Origin: Ginkgo biloba
Lineage: Eukaryota > Plantae > Ginkgophyta
Direction: 5' to 3'
DNA length: 19,792 nucleotides
Assembly (NCBI GenBank): GCA_024626585.2
Contig: JANKJI020000004.1
Location: 43,269,076-43,288,867 of the forward strand
In this document: positions 1-11,426 of the stretch, piece after piece
Position numbering within the stretch: position 1 is the stretch's first letter
Layout: each line of letters opens with the position of its first letter
The notes under the pieces: model-generated
Database searches by the model: none
What the model saw: only the letters and a program-made list of their open reading frames with translations
Told to the model about the DNA's origin: nothing
Made by a program: the position numbers and the translations under genes

Positions 1-1104
1 TTGATTTGATGCAGCTGAGAAAGGAGATAGTTCATTCAAAAGTCTCACAGTTGTTCCCAGTACAAATGCAATGAATAGACTGGGTATAATGCCAATTTCT
101 ATAAGGATGTCCATAAGGAAAATATTAATACATTTAATTCCAACCAACTATATGGACTTCAAGCTCTTCTGCAATATATTTGTTGTAAATCTAGCTACCT
201 TCTTCACATCCATCAGCCACTAACCTCCTCAAAGCTATTTGCATTACATTATTGCCTGCAAAAGAAAAATATTGCCAATAGATTGTCAACTTTAGAATGT
301 TGGAAAGCAACTCCTCAAAGGGTATTATCGGTCTTTTCCATCATGATGTTACCCAATTGTACTTTGGATGCAATCTGCATACTGTAGATCAATGGATAGT
401 CAAGAGATCACATGTTTCATGACTGACTGCACCTTTGATGTTGCATGCAGCAGTTCTCGGAGTGCTCATTGTCTTTGTACAATGGGACATTTCACTTATG
501 CTATGCTATCAATCTCTTTTGAGGTTACATTCTAGTTTATCATGAATGTTTTCATCTGTTGGACCAGCATGCACATTCTCAGCATTAACACATTCAACTA
601 TGGGGAAACATGAATGCACTTCTCCATTGCTGCTTCAATATTTGGACAGGACCCTAAAATAGCAAGACTGTGTATTGAAAATTTTCAACACTTTGATTTC
701 TTTTTTCAAGAAGAAGAACTTCAAAAGACTCCCAAAAAGATCCTCCAAAAAGCCTCTAAAAGTCCCCAAAAATGATATTTCAAGGGCTTTTATATCTCTT
801 TGAATAATTGTTCATTCAATTATTATAATAGTTTGTTCAACTTCCAGAAAGGTGGCTTTTCATTTTTCATTTTTGACGATAATTTCTTGCGACATGCGAT
901 GGGTGTAGGGTTACGACGTGCAATGGGGGATGGGTGTAGTGTCACGACTTTGGGCACAATGTCGCGACTCCGTGACGGTGCATTTTCTCGCAACAGTGCA
1001 TTTTTGGCAGTTTTCATAGGCCAGCTTCCCAAGGCCATAAATTTCGTGTATGAACTCTATTTTTTGAAAACAAGACATCGTCGGAAAGGTCTCGACGTCC
1101 ACTT
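1..1104 (-). mobile_element. Probable LTR or non-coding LTR-retrotransposon fragment
   Basis: No credible ORF. Minus-strand TATAAAA at 794-788 is followed by a T/G-rich R/U5-like tract, and 880-1104 is CpG-rich and U3-like. Termini not identified. Confidence 0.3.
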
Positions 1105-1321
1105 NNNNNNNNNNNNNNNNNNNNNNNNNNNNNNNNNNNNNNNNNNNNNNNNNNNNNNNNNNNNNNNNNNNNNNNNNNNNNNNNNNNNNNNNNNNNNNNN
1201 NNNNCTTTTAGTCTTACAATTTCTGCGTTTAGATTCTCGGTAACTAGATTTGGTTTTTTTTGTTATTGTTTTTATAGTGTTAATGCGGTTGGTTCTTGCT
1301 GTAAGTTTTCTACTTTTGACT

Positions 1322-2082
1322 CATGGCTAGGAGCCATATAAATGGTAGCATGATAAGAGATGGTTTTGCTTAGTTGATTTTTGAAGCATAGCACCAAGTC
1401 GCGACCTTGTTGAAAGCTGGTCACTAGGTGCATTTGTATTGAATTTCACACCTATGAAAGGAGACCACTCATGAAGGTTTTCAGAGTGGTAGTGAAGGTC
1501 TGTCTTTTGGTCAAAATTTATTTAGTAAGATTTGCATTCTCCCATCATAACCTTCTATGGATTCCCCAAGATACTAGTGTAGTTCTTCCAGTGCCTCTTC
1601 CATGGTGAGTGGATCACATAACTTTTGAGAACGGTCCAGAAATCTCTTGTGAATTTCTTCCCAGTTGGGATCATCTAAAATTGTGTACTCATACTAGGTG
1701 ATGGCAATACCTCACAACATGTGGAAAACCAAGATTTGATTTCTCTTTCATTGACAATGTTTTTTAAATTGAGTATATTTTTTAATAGCGCCAAGTGATC
1801 AACTAGGTCAATCATCCCATCATAACATAAACTAGTAAATGAATTATCCTAATATACCACGACATTAGGTGGTTGAGGTCCTTCTGGATTTTGTTCCATA
1901 TTTTCTTTGTTGTAAAGCAAACTCTGTTGTATTGAGTATGGTGTAATTGGCGTTGATATTTTTTGAATTTTCTCTCCTAATATCACTTGAATTGTGTCTA
2001 CAAATTCTTCCAATCTTGCTAGTGTAAGCGGTTTGTGAGAATTCTCTTCTTCACTTCTTATTGCTTGTTCACTACCAGCCAA
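1322..2082 (-). pseudogene. gag: Decayed Ty3/gypsy gag (Retrotrans_gag), probably Athila-like
   Basis: Hand translation past the stop of ORF 1849-2082 gives YDGMIDLVDHLALL...SWFST, then after a frameshift L*GIAIT*YE...NWEEIHKRFLDR...ALEELH*YLGESIEGYDGRMQILL...FMSGLLS*V*NSIQMHLVTSFQQGRDLV. This matches LxGxAxxWY / WeelkxxF / LxQxxxESVxxYxxR / FxxGL. The stops are the expected transition products of CGA, TGG and CAG. Confidence 0.85.
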
Positions 2083-2588
2083 GGGATCTTCGTTATCCTT
2101 TTTGTTACGATCCCAAACTTTCTTTTGTTTCTTCTTGTAGTTTTTGAGATGTCACTTCTTTTGAAACTTCTATTTTTTCATCCTCCTTTTCTTGTGTTAG
2201 AACTTGTAACAGGGGTATCAATGTATTCTTCTCATTCTTTGATCCCGTAGCCATGTTATTACTAGGCCTGTCAAGGGTCAAGCTTTCACTTTTCAATGGC
2301 TTTTGTTTCTAGGCCTTTTTATTGGTTGTTGCAGTCTTTTGTTGTTCCTTATGCTCCCGTCACTTCACTTGTACATCAAATATAGGTTGCTCCTTAAGTG
2401 GCATGAGGAAGATCACTGGCTATCTCAAAGGTGCTTAGTAGAATGCTACAACCCCCATGACATCTAGACTTGTTGAATACTTGGCCAGCATCGCATTATT
2501 ATCCTTCTCACTTAAGAGATGTCGACACGTTAAAAGGAAACATAATCAATGTTTAATGCTAAACGACTTATGATAAAATGATCATTGA

Positions 2589-2606
2589 TTCCCAGCAATA
2601 GCCCAA
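2589..2606 (-). other. Degenerate primer-binding site (tRNA-Asp type)
   Basis: Minus strand TGG-GCTATTGCTGGGAA versus the Athila-type PBS TGGCGCCGTTGCCGGGGA: 13/18, all substitutions transitions. It lies upstream of the minus-strand gag; the adjoining 5' LTR is absent. Confidence 0.5.
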
Positions 2607-2672
2607 AGAGACCAAATCGCAGTACTACTGCCCTCACCAACAACACTGCATCCTATTGTCTTTAGGATAGGT

Positions 2673-3189
2673 TGTTGGAAAATGGACAACAAAATACATT
2701 CATCACATGGAAAACATAGATGTAAATAGAGAAAGAATTGTTTCAATTAAATAATAAAACATTACATGATCGTTTAGTAATACATTGCTAACATAGCGAT
2801 GATAATTAGTTGATGAGATCATGATGTTGTGCTATGATATCTATAGCCACTAAGGATTTTATGTTTATAGTTGTTACAATTGACTCTTCATTACCTATCA
2901 AAAGAGTCGCCTTTCTTCATACTAACTAATACTAGTTACAGAATGATTAGTAATTGTTTTTTAGGAGGTGTACAATAATTGCCTTTAATTCTACTTCATA
3001 TGCTTGCCAATGTCTTGCTTTGTTCATACAATCAATCTTGTTGGAGAAAATGCCGCATTGTGAATGGGCGAATGAACATGGTCTTCTATTGCGAATGACT
3101 ATTGTTTCTAGTTGCGAACAACTAAGGTTTTCCTAATGCACATGGCAATTGTCCTTGCAAACAACTATTGGCCAAATGTCTAGCTAACA
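2673..3189. mobile_element. Probable solo LTR (517 bp)
   Basis: Begins TGTTGG and ends CTAACA. Flanked by TAGGT (2668-2672) and AAGGT (3190-3194), a 5-bp TSD with one mismatch. Non-coding interior. Confidence 0.6.
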
Positions 3190-3194
3190 AAGGT

Positions 3195-3654
3195 TTCCAA
3201 AAGGGAATGTGAATAGAGTGATACTTCAAGAAGTAAATATACTGTTGAAGAAAAACGAAAAGCCAAAGTAGAATATCTTGAGCCTAGAGAATAGAAGAAA
3301 GAGTATAGAAAAGCAAGGGATTTAATCCTACAATCTCAGAAGCAAGAATATATACTTCTGAAGATAAAGGATGTTGAAGAAAAAGAAGAAGAGAAGGCTC
3401 AAGAAGTGGATCCAAATAAGGATTTGCTTAGATTGACAAAGGTAATGATAATAGAGAGACTGGCTCTACTAAAGATAGTCAAGTTATTTAAGGCTTTGCA
3501 AAATTTGGATATGAAGATAATACTAAAGAAAGCAAATAGAACAGTGAAGCAAAAGGACACTAAACCTTATGGTCAAGTCATTGTGCAAGGAATCAAGGAG
3601 AAGGATGTAGTTGTTGACTTTGGTGCTACTATTTTGCACACATATAATAGCTAA
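3195..3654 (+). pseudogene. Decayed gypsy gag-protease linker and retropepsin N-terminus
   Basis: K/E-rich linker then PYGQVIVQGIKEKDVVVDFGATI, resembling the hydrophobic-D[S/T]GA retropepsin active site (DFGAT at 3616-3630, one substitution from DSGAT). Truncated shortly afterwards. Confidence 0.6.
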
Positions 3655-4261
3655 CTAGAAACTTATCAATTGTTCCAATTACTTAGCATATAACATGATC
3701 TCTAATATAATGCAATTCATAACCAAGCATATAATTCCCCTCTCAATTATAACTAAGTATGATGTTAGGAATATATTCATTCAACCTCATTCACATTATG
3801 TCAATAGAAATGTAAGTGTTTCTCAGGGAGTAATGCATTATAATCACTATTCCCCTACTAGCATATGACCTTTCATATACAATGATAGATCTTGAAACAT
3901 TCCACTAATGACCTAAACAATATAATTCCCTTGGGTATCATGAAATTAAAAGTGAATTCCTCTAGTATCACAATCATCCTTAAATAAAGGAAATCTCGCT
4001 TAACTCCTATTATAATACTAATAGGTCAAAATAAGGAGGAAAAAAATGAAGCATCATAAATCCATGAAGGAAAGACAATATTCCATAGGAGAATTGATCG
4101 CCCTCATGTATAAAATATAAGTGTATATTTTAACATTGAGTTCTTTAGTAGGACATACTTCTTTACTTGCTTCACCTATAGTCCCAACTTATTTTTTATC
4201 ACAACATGTTAGTGCATATTCATCATTATATACACCAATTAGACATAAACCATTTTAATTA

Positions 4262-4760
4262 AATTCTAAGATTTATATTAAGGTGTTTGATGGGAATATG
4301 GATGTTGAGTCTTTAGATACTTTGATCCAATATTTAGAGTTATAATTTTCATATTATACCTATTTATATGAGTATAAGATCCCATTTTCCATATTGGATA
4401 TGGGTATAAAAAATTTCCTTTAGCGAGATTCATTTTCCATAATTAGAGAGAAAAAATACATGCACATGTTACTTATTTGGATGATTTCAAGAAGGATATG
4501 AGAAAGAATTTCTATCCTATAGGTTATGAGGATGATTTATTCCTCAAGTGACACCATGTCAAGTAGATTTTATGATATAATTTTGAGTATTATTATGAAG
4601 ATTAAAAATATCTTACTATTCAGTTATATATTCAGGAACTAATAGATAATATGGTCCTCAAGTTTATAACAGGTTTATTTAGGGAGTTGAAACATGAGTT
4701 GGATTTGTTTCCTCTTAATTCTATTCAATAGGCTTATAGGGTTTCCTCTAATATTTAATA
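4262..4760 (+). pseudogene. gag: Decayed Ty3/gypsy (chromovirus-like) gag
   Basis: Hand translation: KIYIKVFDGNMDVESLDTLIQYLEL*F...YKIPFSILDM...FL*RDS, frameshift, LDDFKKDMRKNFYPIGYEDDLFLK*HHVK*...MVLKFITGLFRELKHELDLFPLNSIQ*AYRVSSNI*. It matches the FDG..D...LD.W...LE.YF / FK...RK.FYP.GY / K...GL...I..EL gag pattern and has many stops. Confidence 0.85.
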
Positions 4761-5105
4761 TAATATAAAATATTCTTATGGAGATAAACAAAAGGATAAG
4801 AAGAATGTGTCCCCTATTTTAATTACCCCATCTATAATGCTGGCTTCATCTAGTTCTTCTACCACCTCTTTTAGAAGTTATGGTAAGAGGAAGAAAGGGT
4901 CTAAAATGAATAGTAAATTTACTTTTATATTATTAATTATTAAATATCAAGGATATATTCTCATTATTGAAAGGAAAGACATGATAAGGACCATTTCTAT
5001 AATCTNNNNNNNNNNNNNNNNNNNNNNNNNNNNNNNNNNNNNNNNNNNNNNNNNNNNNNNNNNNNNNNNNNNNNNNNNNNNNNNNNNNNNNNNNNNNNNN
5101 NNNNN

Positions 5106-5429
5106 TGATATTGATTGTATCTTTATATGAAAAGTTTATTCCATATGCTAACCTAAATGGCAGGTATAAGGTACAGGGCTGTTACACTTTTGATTTTTGT
5201 GATCTATAAGAAAAGCTTGGAAATAATTTTTCATACCCCCTATGTAGGTACAAAATTCTGCAGCTCTACCTATACCATCAAATTTAGGCAAATTGATGAT
5301 CTTCAGTTGTCTCAAACTTTCCAACAATTGGAGTTCATGCATAAAAGAAAGACAAGAGAGGAGTATTAGAAGTTTCGCCTTCCATAAGATCATGGTCATC
5401 ATTTTACCTTGGACTTCCACTAATTTCAT
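5106..5429 (-). pseudogene. gag: Decayed gypsy gag N-terminal part (Tekay/Del-like element)
   Basis: ORF 5148-5429 contains INLPKFDGIGRAAEFCTYIGGMKNYFQAF, like the LPxFDG...WL.GM.KYF gag motif. It lies downstream of an LTR and PBS on the same strand and is cut by the gap at 5006-5105. Confidence 0.7.
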
Positions 5430-5719
5430 TCCTCACCTCTTGAATTTGAATAATAGGTGATGCTTCTGGTCTAGCTTGTTTCCTTCTTTGTTGGTATACT
5501 TGTCCAAAGCTACCATCTTTTGTTGCAAACTACCTCATCATGGCATTGTTGTTGTCATCACCAACTCTATTACCATTGAGTATTACATTGAGCATATTCT
5601 CCAATTGTTTTGTATGGGCTTCTTAAGCTCTCAATCGAGCCTCTTAGACTCTAAGCTTATCCCTTAAAAGTTCCTCCACTATGATCATCTTTGGCAACTT
5701 GAAGTGTGGATCGAACTTG

Positions 5720-6838
5720 TTTTTGATAGTATTGTAACACCACCAACCAATTTGAGGGCACTCTTTGATGTGGAAAAGGCAGTGACATTCATTCATATAT
5801 CACGGTTGTTGGTGAACTCATCTATCAGCCAACCAACCACATACAAATGACACAACCACAACCGCATCCAATTCACAAGTGATAACACAACCCATGTAAA
5901 CCACCAAAGGCTACTCTATGAGTACTTTAAATTGCTTAGACCCCATAAGTAATCAATAAAATGATTACTCAAACTTCATGAGTAATTGTCCAACCTCTAA
6001 ACTACGTTGAATGCCCTTGTCGTTTCCAGAACAAATAGTCACCCTCCCATGGTGAAAAAATGCAATAATGTCTTAGCATAAATGCATGGGTACATACTTG
6101 TACAAATCTACCCTTACAATTCAACAATAGAAAGCTAAGTTTCTAATAAGAAGAAGCTTGCAAATTAGAAGATTAGATAAGAGCATATAAGAGAATGGAG
6201 AATGAATCATTTTCCCTCAACACTTTTCTTTGCTTGAATAGGAGAATGTGTGACCCAAGGCCTTCTTAGCTTTTGGTTTTTCACTTCTCCCTTTGTCTCT
6301 TAGAACTCCCAAGTCCTCTTTAAATATATCTTCTTCTTTCTCACTTGTACATTTGACTTCTCTCCTTGAAGTTGGTCTTCAATTGGAAGCACATGGTTCG
6401 AATTGGGTTCAACAACAAGTGTAGGACCTTCTTCAACTTGTATCTTCTTTGTAAATACATTCAGGTTTCCTTTTTCTACACTTTAGCAATTTGAGCTTGT
6501 AACAATGAAAAAGGTTATTATATTATAAGGGAAAAATTATAGTCGTGATAAATCAAAAGTAGTTGGCAAAATAGAAAAAAACACAATCCATACCTCCTTT
6601 AAGACGGAAATAGATGGATATAGCAAGGCATACAATAAACCTCAAAATTTGCAATATTTGAAATAACTACCACCAAAGGCCAACCAAAAACAACCATGAA
6701 CAAGAAAACACAAGCAATAAGAGCAACACCTTGGATCAAGTATATACCCCAAACCAAAAACCTTGTTTTGAGGTTCAAGCTTCTAAGTTGCTCCCCAACC
6801 ATCCTCTAGATCTGCTCATAGGGATCATGGGTATTACA
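5720..6838 (-). mobile_element. 5' LTR (5733-6838, ~1.1 kb) plus degenerate tRNA-iMet PBS (5720-5731) of a gypsy element
   Basis: Minus strand starts TGTAATACCC (6838) and ends GGTGTTACA (5733), which are Tekay/Del-type inverted termini. TACTATCAAAAA, a weak match to TGGTATCAGAGC, follows 1 nt later, then the gag remnant. Confidence 0.7.
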
Positions 6839-8517
6839 AATGACAAGTTGGACAATGTGGAAATTGTCATTAAGCATTGTAGAGGGGATCATCCCATTGC
6901 CAAGACTTAGGCCTACACCTATCTCTATCCCTATTCCTCCTCCTCTTAGTTGTCTCGATCAACATCCAAACGTGCGCAATTGATTATGAATGGGGCATTG
7001 CCCTCATGATCNNNNNNNNNNNNNNNNNNNNNNNNNNNNNNNNNNNNNNNNNNNNNNNNNNNNNNNNNNNNNNNNNNNNNNNNNNNNNNNNNNNNNNNNN
7101 NNNNNNNNNNNCTGGTGATCTGACCTCTCTAGAGGTTGTGGGAGTCTTATCCAGCAAAAATGTCAATTTTTGCAACTCCCATGGTTCAACAACCTTAATC
7201 CAAGTGTAACACAGTGCAATGCAATTTTGGATGCAACATAGGTACAAGGTTCAACCAAACAACTCCCAATATGCTACGACTCCCTTCTACAGCTTCACTG
7301 GACCTTAAAACAACTCCAAATGGTGCCAAAGATCCTCTACTGATGGCACCTTCTACTATAAAAGAAGATGAGGTCTTTCACCCTCCAACTAGCCTCTAAA
7401 AAATTGTTAGAAAGCAGAAAAAGGCCTTCAGCCTAGTTTAGGACAAGAGTAGGCTAAAACATGCAACTTCTAAGAGTGGCAGTAAGCTAGCAAGATGCAA
7501 AAAAGTAGAAAGCCAACGTAGAGAAATGATAATGAATGGTGAGACATCTTCCTCAACCCTCCTTATATACTTTAAGGTGATGTTGGGTTGTACTTTACAT
7601 TGACTCACCAACAGTGTTAACTTAGCCCTACAATCCTTCTTTAATGGTCAATTGCTCCTTAGATAGGTGGTGTTAGGGTTTAAGGTATGATTTTGTCCCC
7701 TCTTAAGTTGTTTTTGTGTCTCTTAAGGGTCTAATAGGGATAATTAGCCAACATCTTCAAAATTAGCATGTTGGCTTTGTACTAAGCTCTCTCCTAGAGC
7801 TGTCCTTAGTAGTTAAGGACCATTTGCCTTTATGAGGCCTAATTAATGCATCTAGGGTCCAACTTCCTTAGTTGACTTAGTCATTGACGAACTAAGCCTC
7901 TTTAACCACGGTTGATAGGGCTTTGACCATGGTTGACTGGGTTGTAGCAGAAACATGTAGACTAACCTTTCCACACGGAAAAGACTGAATTTCTGTTGCA
8001 ATGAGGAAGCCCACTATTGGACTAGGTACACTTGAAACAGAAAAGAGGCTATGGATAGGCACACAACTAGATTTGAGTCAATCCATGCATGGTCATAATA
8101 TCATTCAATTACATCTAATCGAAGCAACAATGACTGCATCTCTCTACATCCCTAATCTTGTAACTATGGAATATAAATAACAAATTGGCCTCTTGTGAAG
8201 AAAATTAAAAAGTGGCAAAATCAAAAAGAAGTTGTTGCTTCTTCTTCAGAGGTTTTTTCAAACTCAACTGGGAGGATTTTAAATTTTTGAGTGCACATTT
8301 TTCAATGCAAAAAAAAAAAGAATTAGAAGGGCTAGAAAATCCTGTATGCTTTTATTCTTCTTGTCAATAAGAACAACAATTACTAGTTGAAGAAAAGAGG
8401 AACGTTTTGTTGTTGGTTTCTTGTGTAAAAAAAAATTCTATTTGCATTTATTTTCATTTACATATAAAAGCACGTTGTCAGAGATTGATTTCAAATGTTC
8501 ACAAAATAATGGTGACA

Positions 8518-9468
8518 TGTTGATGATGTGGCATTGGTGTGGAGAAGATTAGCAATTACAAGAAATTATGACAGATTATGATGAATTATAACACAATTTA
8601 GGACATAATTATTAAAAAGATAGCAAATATGAAGCAATGATAACATGGTGGCAATCTTTGATGATGTAACAACAACTTGAATGACATGGCAACATGACAA
8701 AATCGTCCAAAAAGATGATGATGTAGGCAGCCAAAAGGTGATGTCAGCACCGCAAAGTGTATAATAACATTGAGAATGGTGGCATCAACCTTGTACAACC
8801 TATTTACGGGCATTAAATGTAGGAATAAGGATGCATTAATTGCAGATGTATTACATTAGCAAATCCAAGAAATACTGCAACATTTATAGCACATTTATGG
8901 ATGTTGACGTTAGCAACAAAGACACAATTATTGCTTAAGACAAATCCAATTAAATGAGCACCCATTAAATGAAGGCATTAATGGAAACATAGATGCATTT
9001 ATTGAGGGCAGATGCCCACATTTAATGCTAAACCCTAGTCTCATTTATTAGGGCAAACAAGGCGCATTTAATGAACATTAAATAAGGAGCATTAATTAGG
9101 GTACTCATAAAAGGATGTTTAAGTAATGAAGAGAGATAAAATTAGGGTTATGTCACTTGATTCTAAAAAGACATTTCATTTATTAAGAGAAAGAAGACTA
9201 AAAAGAGGAGAGAGAAAGTTGCTCCTAGATGGGAGAGGCAAGTGTGAGTGTTTAGGGTTAAGTATGAGAGGCATTCCCCTAACATTTACATCTATGTTAC
9301 GTCATTCAATTAAGTAATATATGAGGATTGTACCCTAATTATGTCTTGATGTTCAGGTAATGAATTTATGATGTTTCTCTATCGTTTATGCATGACATAT
9401 CCCCATATGAATGTACTAACCTATTGTTGATGGTTGGCTCCACACCCAAAATTTGTTATTAGTCAACA
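8518..9468 (+). mobile_element. LTR (~950 bp)
   Basis: TGTTGA...TCAACA 6-bp inverted termini. U3-like motif arrays at 8521-9098, TATA-like CATAAAAGG at 9106-9114, then a purine-rich R-like tract. No matching TSD, so not demonstrably a solo LTR. Confidence 0.55.
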
Positions 9469-10799
9469 ACCTACATTTGTACTTGATCCTTGGGAGAGAA
9501 TCAACATCAAGGTTTTCTTTGTGCCCCACATGGAGCAAAATCTAGAATGCATGCCCATCTTTTCTCATTTTCCTTGGTGGGATGCCCACGTCGCATGATA
9601 GACTAGGCCAAGAAGGCTTTCTTACGCTCAATCTGTGCCCTCCAGAGCCTCTAAAACCTTCCTTGTTAGAGGAAGAAAGAGCTTTGTATGGTTCGACATT
9701 TGTTAAGCCTCCAAGTGGTTTCCTCCTTAGCAATCAAAAGAAGTAAACATGGGATGTGGAGTAGCTCATAAGCTATTGGACACATTCCATACCCAATCTT
9801 TTCACCATTTGTTAGGTAGATGTATACTGAACTTGTGGATGGGAGTTGGGAAAAATGTTGAACCCTATCCAAAACTAATATGTTAGCACTAACTAGCTTG
9901 TACTTAACACATTGAGTTCAAAGCACATCAAGAGTTCCCTAGCGTCTACAGAGGTCCCCTTTCTATAAAATTTCTAGCCATTAAACTAATGTTGTGTTCA
10001 AACATATTGTTTAATCAGAGATGTAGAACAACAGACATACATTTAGAGAAAGAAGATAACCATACATATGAGAGAGAAGAGAACAATTTTGTATATACAC
10101 CCTTTGAATGGAATAGTACAATTAAATATGAAATTTCCTAGCAACCTAACTATGTAACTTCTCAACTAACCCTANNNNNNNNNNNNNNNNNNNNNNNNNN
10201 NNNNNNNNNNNNNNNNNNNNNNNNNNNNNNNNNNNNNNNNNNNNNNNNNNNNNNNNNNNNNNNNNNNNNNNNNNTCCATCTGTGTTTCTCTTTCTTTGTA
10301 GCACTATAAGATTATCGATGTTGTGTTAGTCGTTAAGGCAATTGTGCCAACTATGTAGTATCTAATTCTTTCCTTGAAGTTTGTTTCTTACAGTAGAGTA
10401 GAATTAACCCTTGTCACGATCTTTTGGATCACATGGTTGATAAGGTTTCCTACCTCTCTCACCATCATCAGTCAACAATACCCCAGATTGACAAGTAATG
10501 TGTGATTGCTATCAAAAGTGACCGCCACCCAGTTTGTTGCTTGGGTAAAATCTTACACCAAAACTAGCATTGCAGAGACTAATTTGATCGATTTCACAAT
10601 ATCATTTGTAGATGTATTGACTTGACTATAAGAGAAGTTGGAACCTCAACTTGTGAAGAAAGATAAGATGAGGAAAAAGAAGGAAGCAAATACATAGGCT
10701 ACAATCACCAACCAAGACCCAACCTCACATAAAGAAGAGGAGGAAGAATTAAGGAAAAAGAAAAACAAGGCACTAGTATTAGAAGAGGTGCAAATTGAC

Positions 10800-11326
10800 T
10801 CTTTGATACCAATGTTCCCAATATACCTGTCACCACAACTCGTGATCAAGGTGTGCATGCATCATTGGGGCCAAAAGTTGAATCTCCAACGATAATGCCT
10901 AGAGCCATTTGGGTAGATAGCATTTCCAACAAATTGCTTTCACTTCAATGGAGTAATAAGATAAAAGAGATGATACAAAGTGTAAGACTTTTGAATACAT
11001 TGGGCTCACACAAAGGAATGAGTTAATAAATAGAATAAGACAAAGGAGATACTGAAATAATATTGCAAAATAAACATAAAGATCCTATTATCAAAATCTC
11101 AAGATTCTCCTTTCTCAACTTTCCTCACATTTGTGTGAGACGTCCCTCCATTAGAATTGTAAAAAATGACTCTCTTATAAATATTTATTATACTTTCTAA
11201 AGTACTAACTTAGAAACCCTAATCTAATAAAGGAATACACTAAATGTATAACTATCACTTATGACATGACTTTATCCTATATGGATGGTGACAAAATAAG
11301 TGTGCATGCATGACTTATTCTAAAAG
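10800..11326 (-). mobile_element. tRNA-iMet PBS (10800-10811) and 3' part of a 5' LTR (10813 to gap)
   Basis: Plus strand TCTTTGATACCA matches GCTCTGATACCA at 10/12. One nt later comes TGTTCCC (the ...ACA LTR end on the minus strand), then non-coding LTR-like DNA up to the gap. Confidence 0.65.
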
Positions 11327-11426
11327 NNNNNNNNNNNNNNNNNNNNNNNNNNNNNNNNNNNNNNNNNNNNNNNNNNNNNNNNNNNNNNNNNNNNNNNNNN
11401 NNNNNNNNNNNNNNNNNNNNNNNNNN

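Noticed and set aside
191-270. Strong minus-strand acceptor TTTTTCTTTTGCAG|G at 256/255 as exon 2
   Set aside because: Splicing in phase 1 gives GNNVMQIALRRLVADGCEEGS*, which has no thioredoxin similarity. It is probably a TE-borne cryptic site.
800-1243. 147-aa ORF and other ORFs containing X runs
   Set aside because: Their lengths are inflated by read-through of N gaps, and this one has no recognisable motif.
2618-2659. Relic CX2CX4HX4C zinc knuckle (RSTTALTNNTASYC)
   Set aside because: Only one of four ligands is intact, too degenerate to call.
9666-9872. KIGYGMCPIAYELL as an integrase GPY/F module
   Set aside because: Only a short resemblance; the flanking GPF and HxVFHVSxL motifs are absent.
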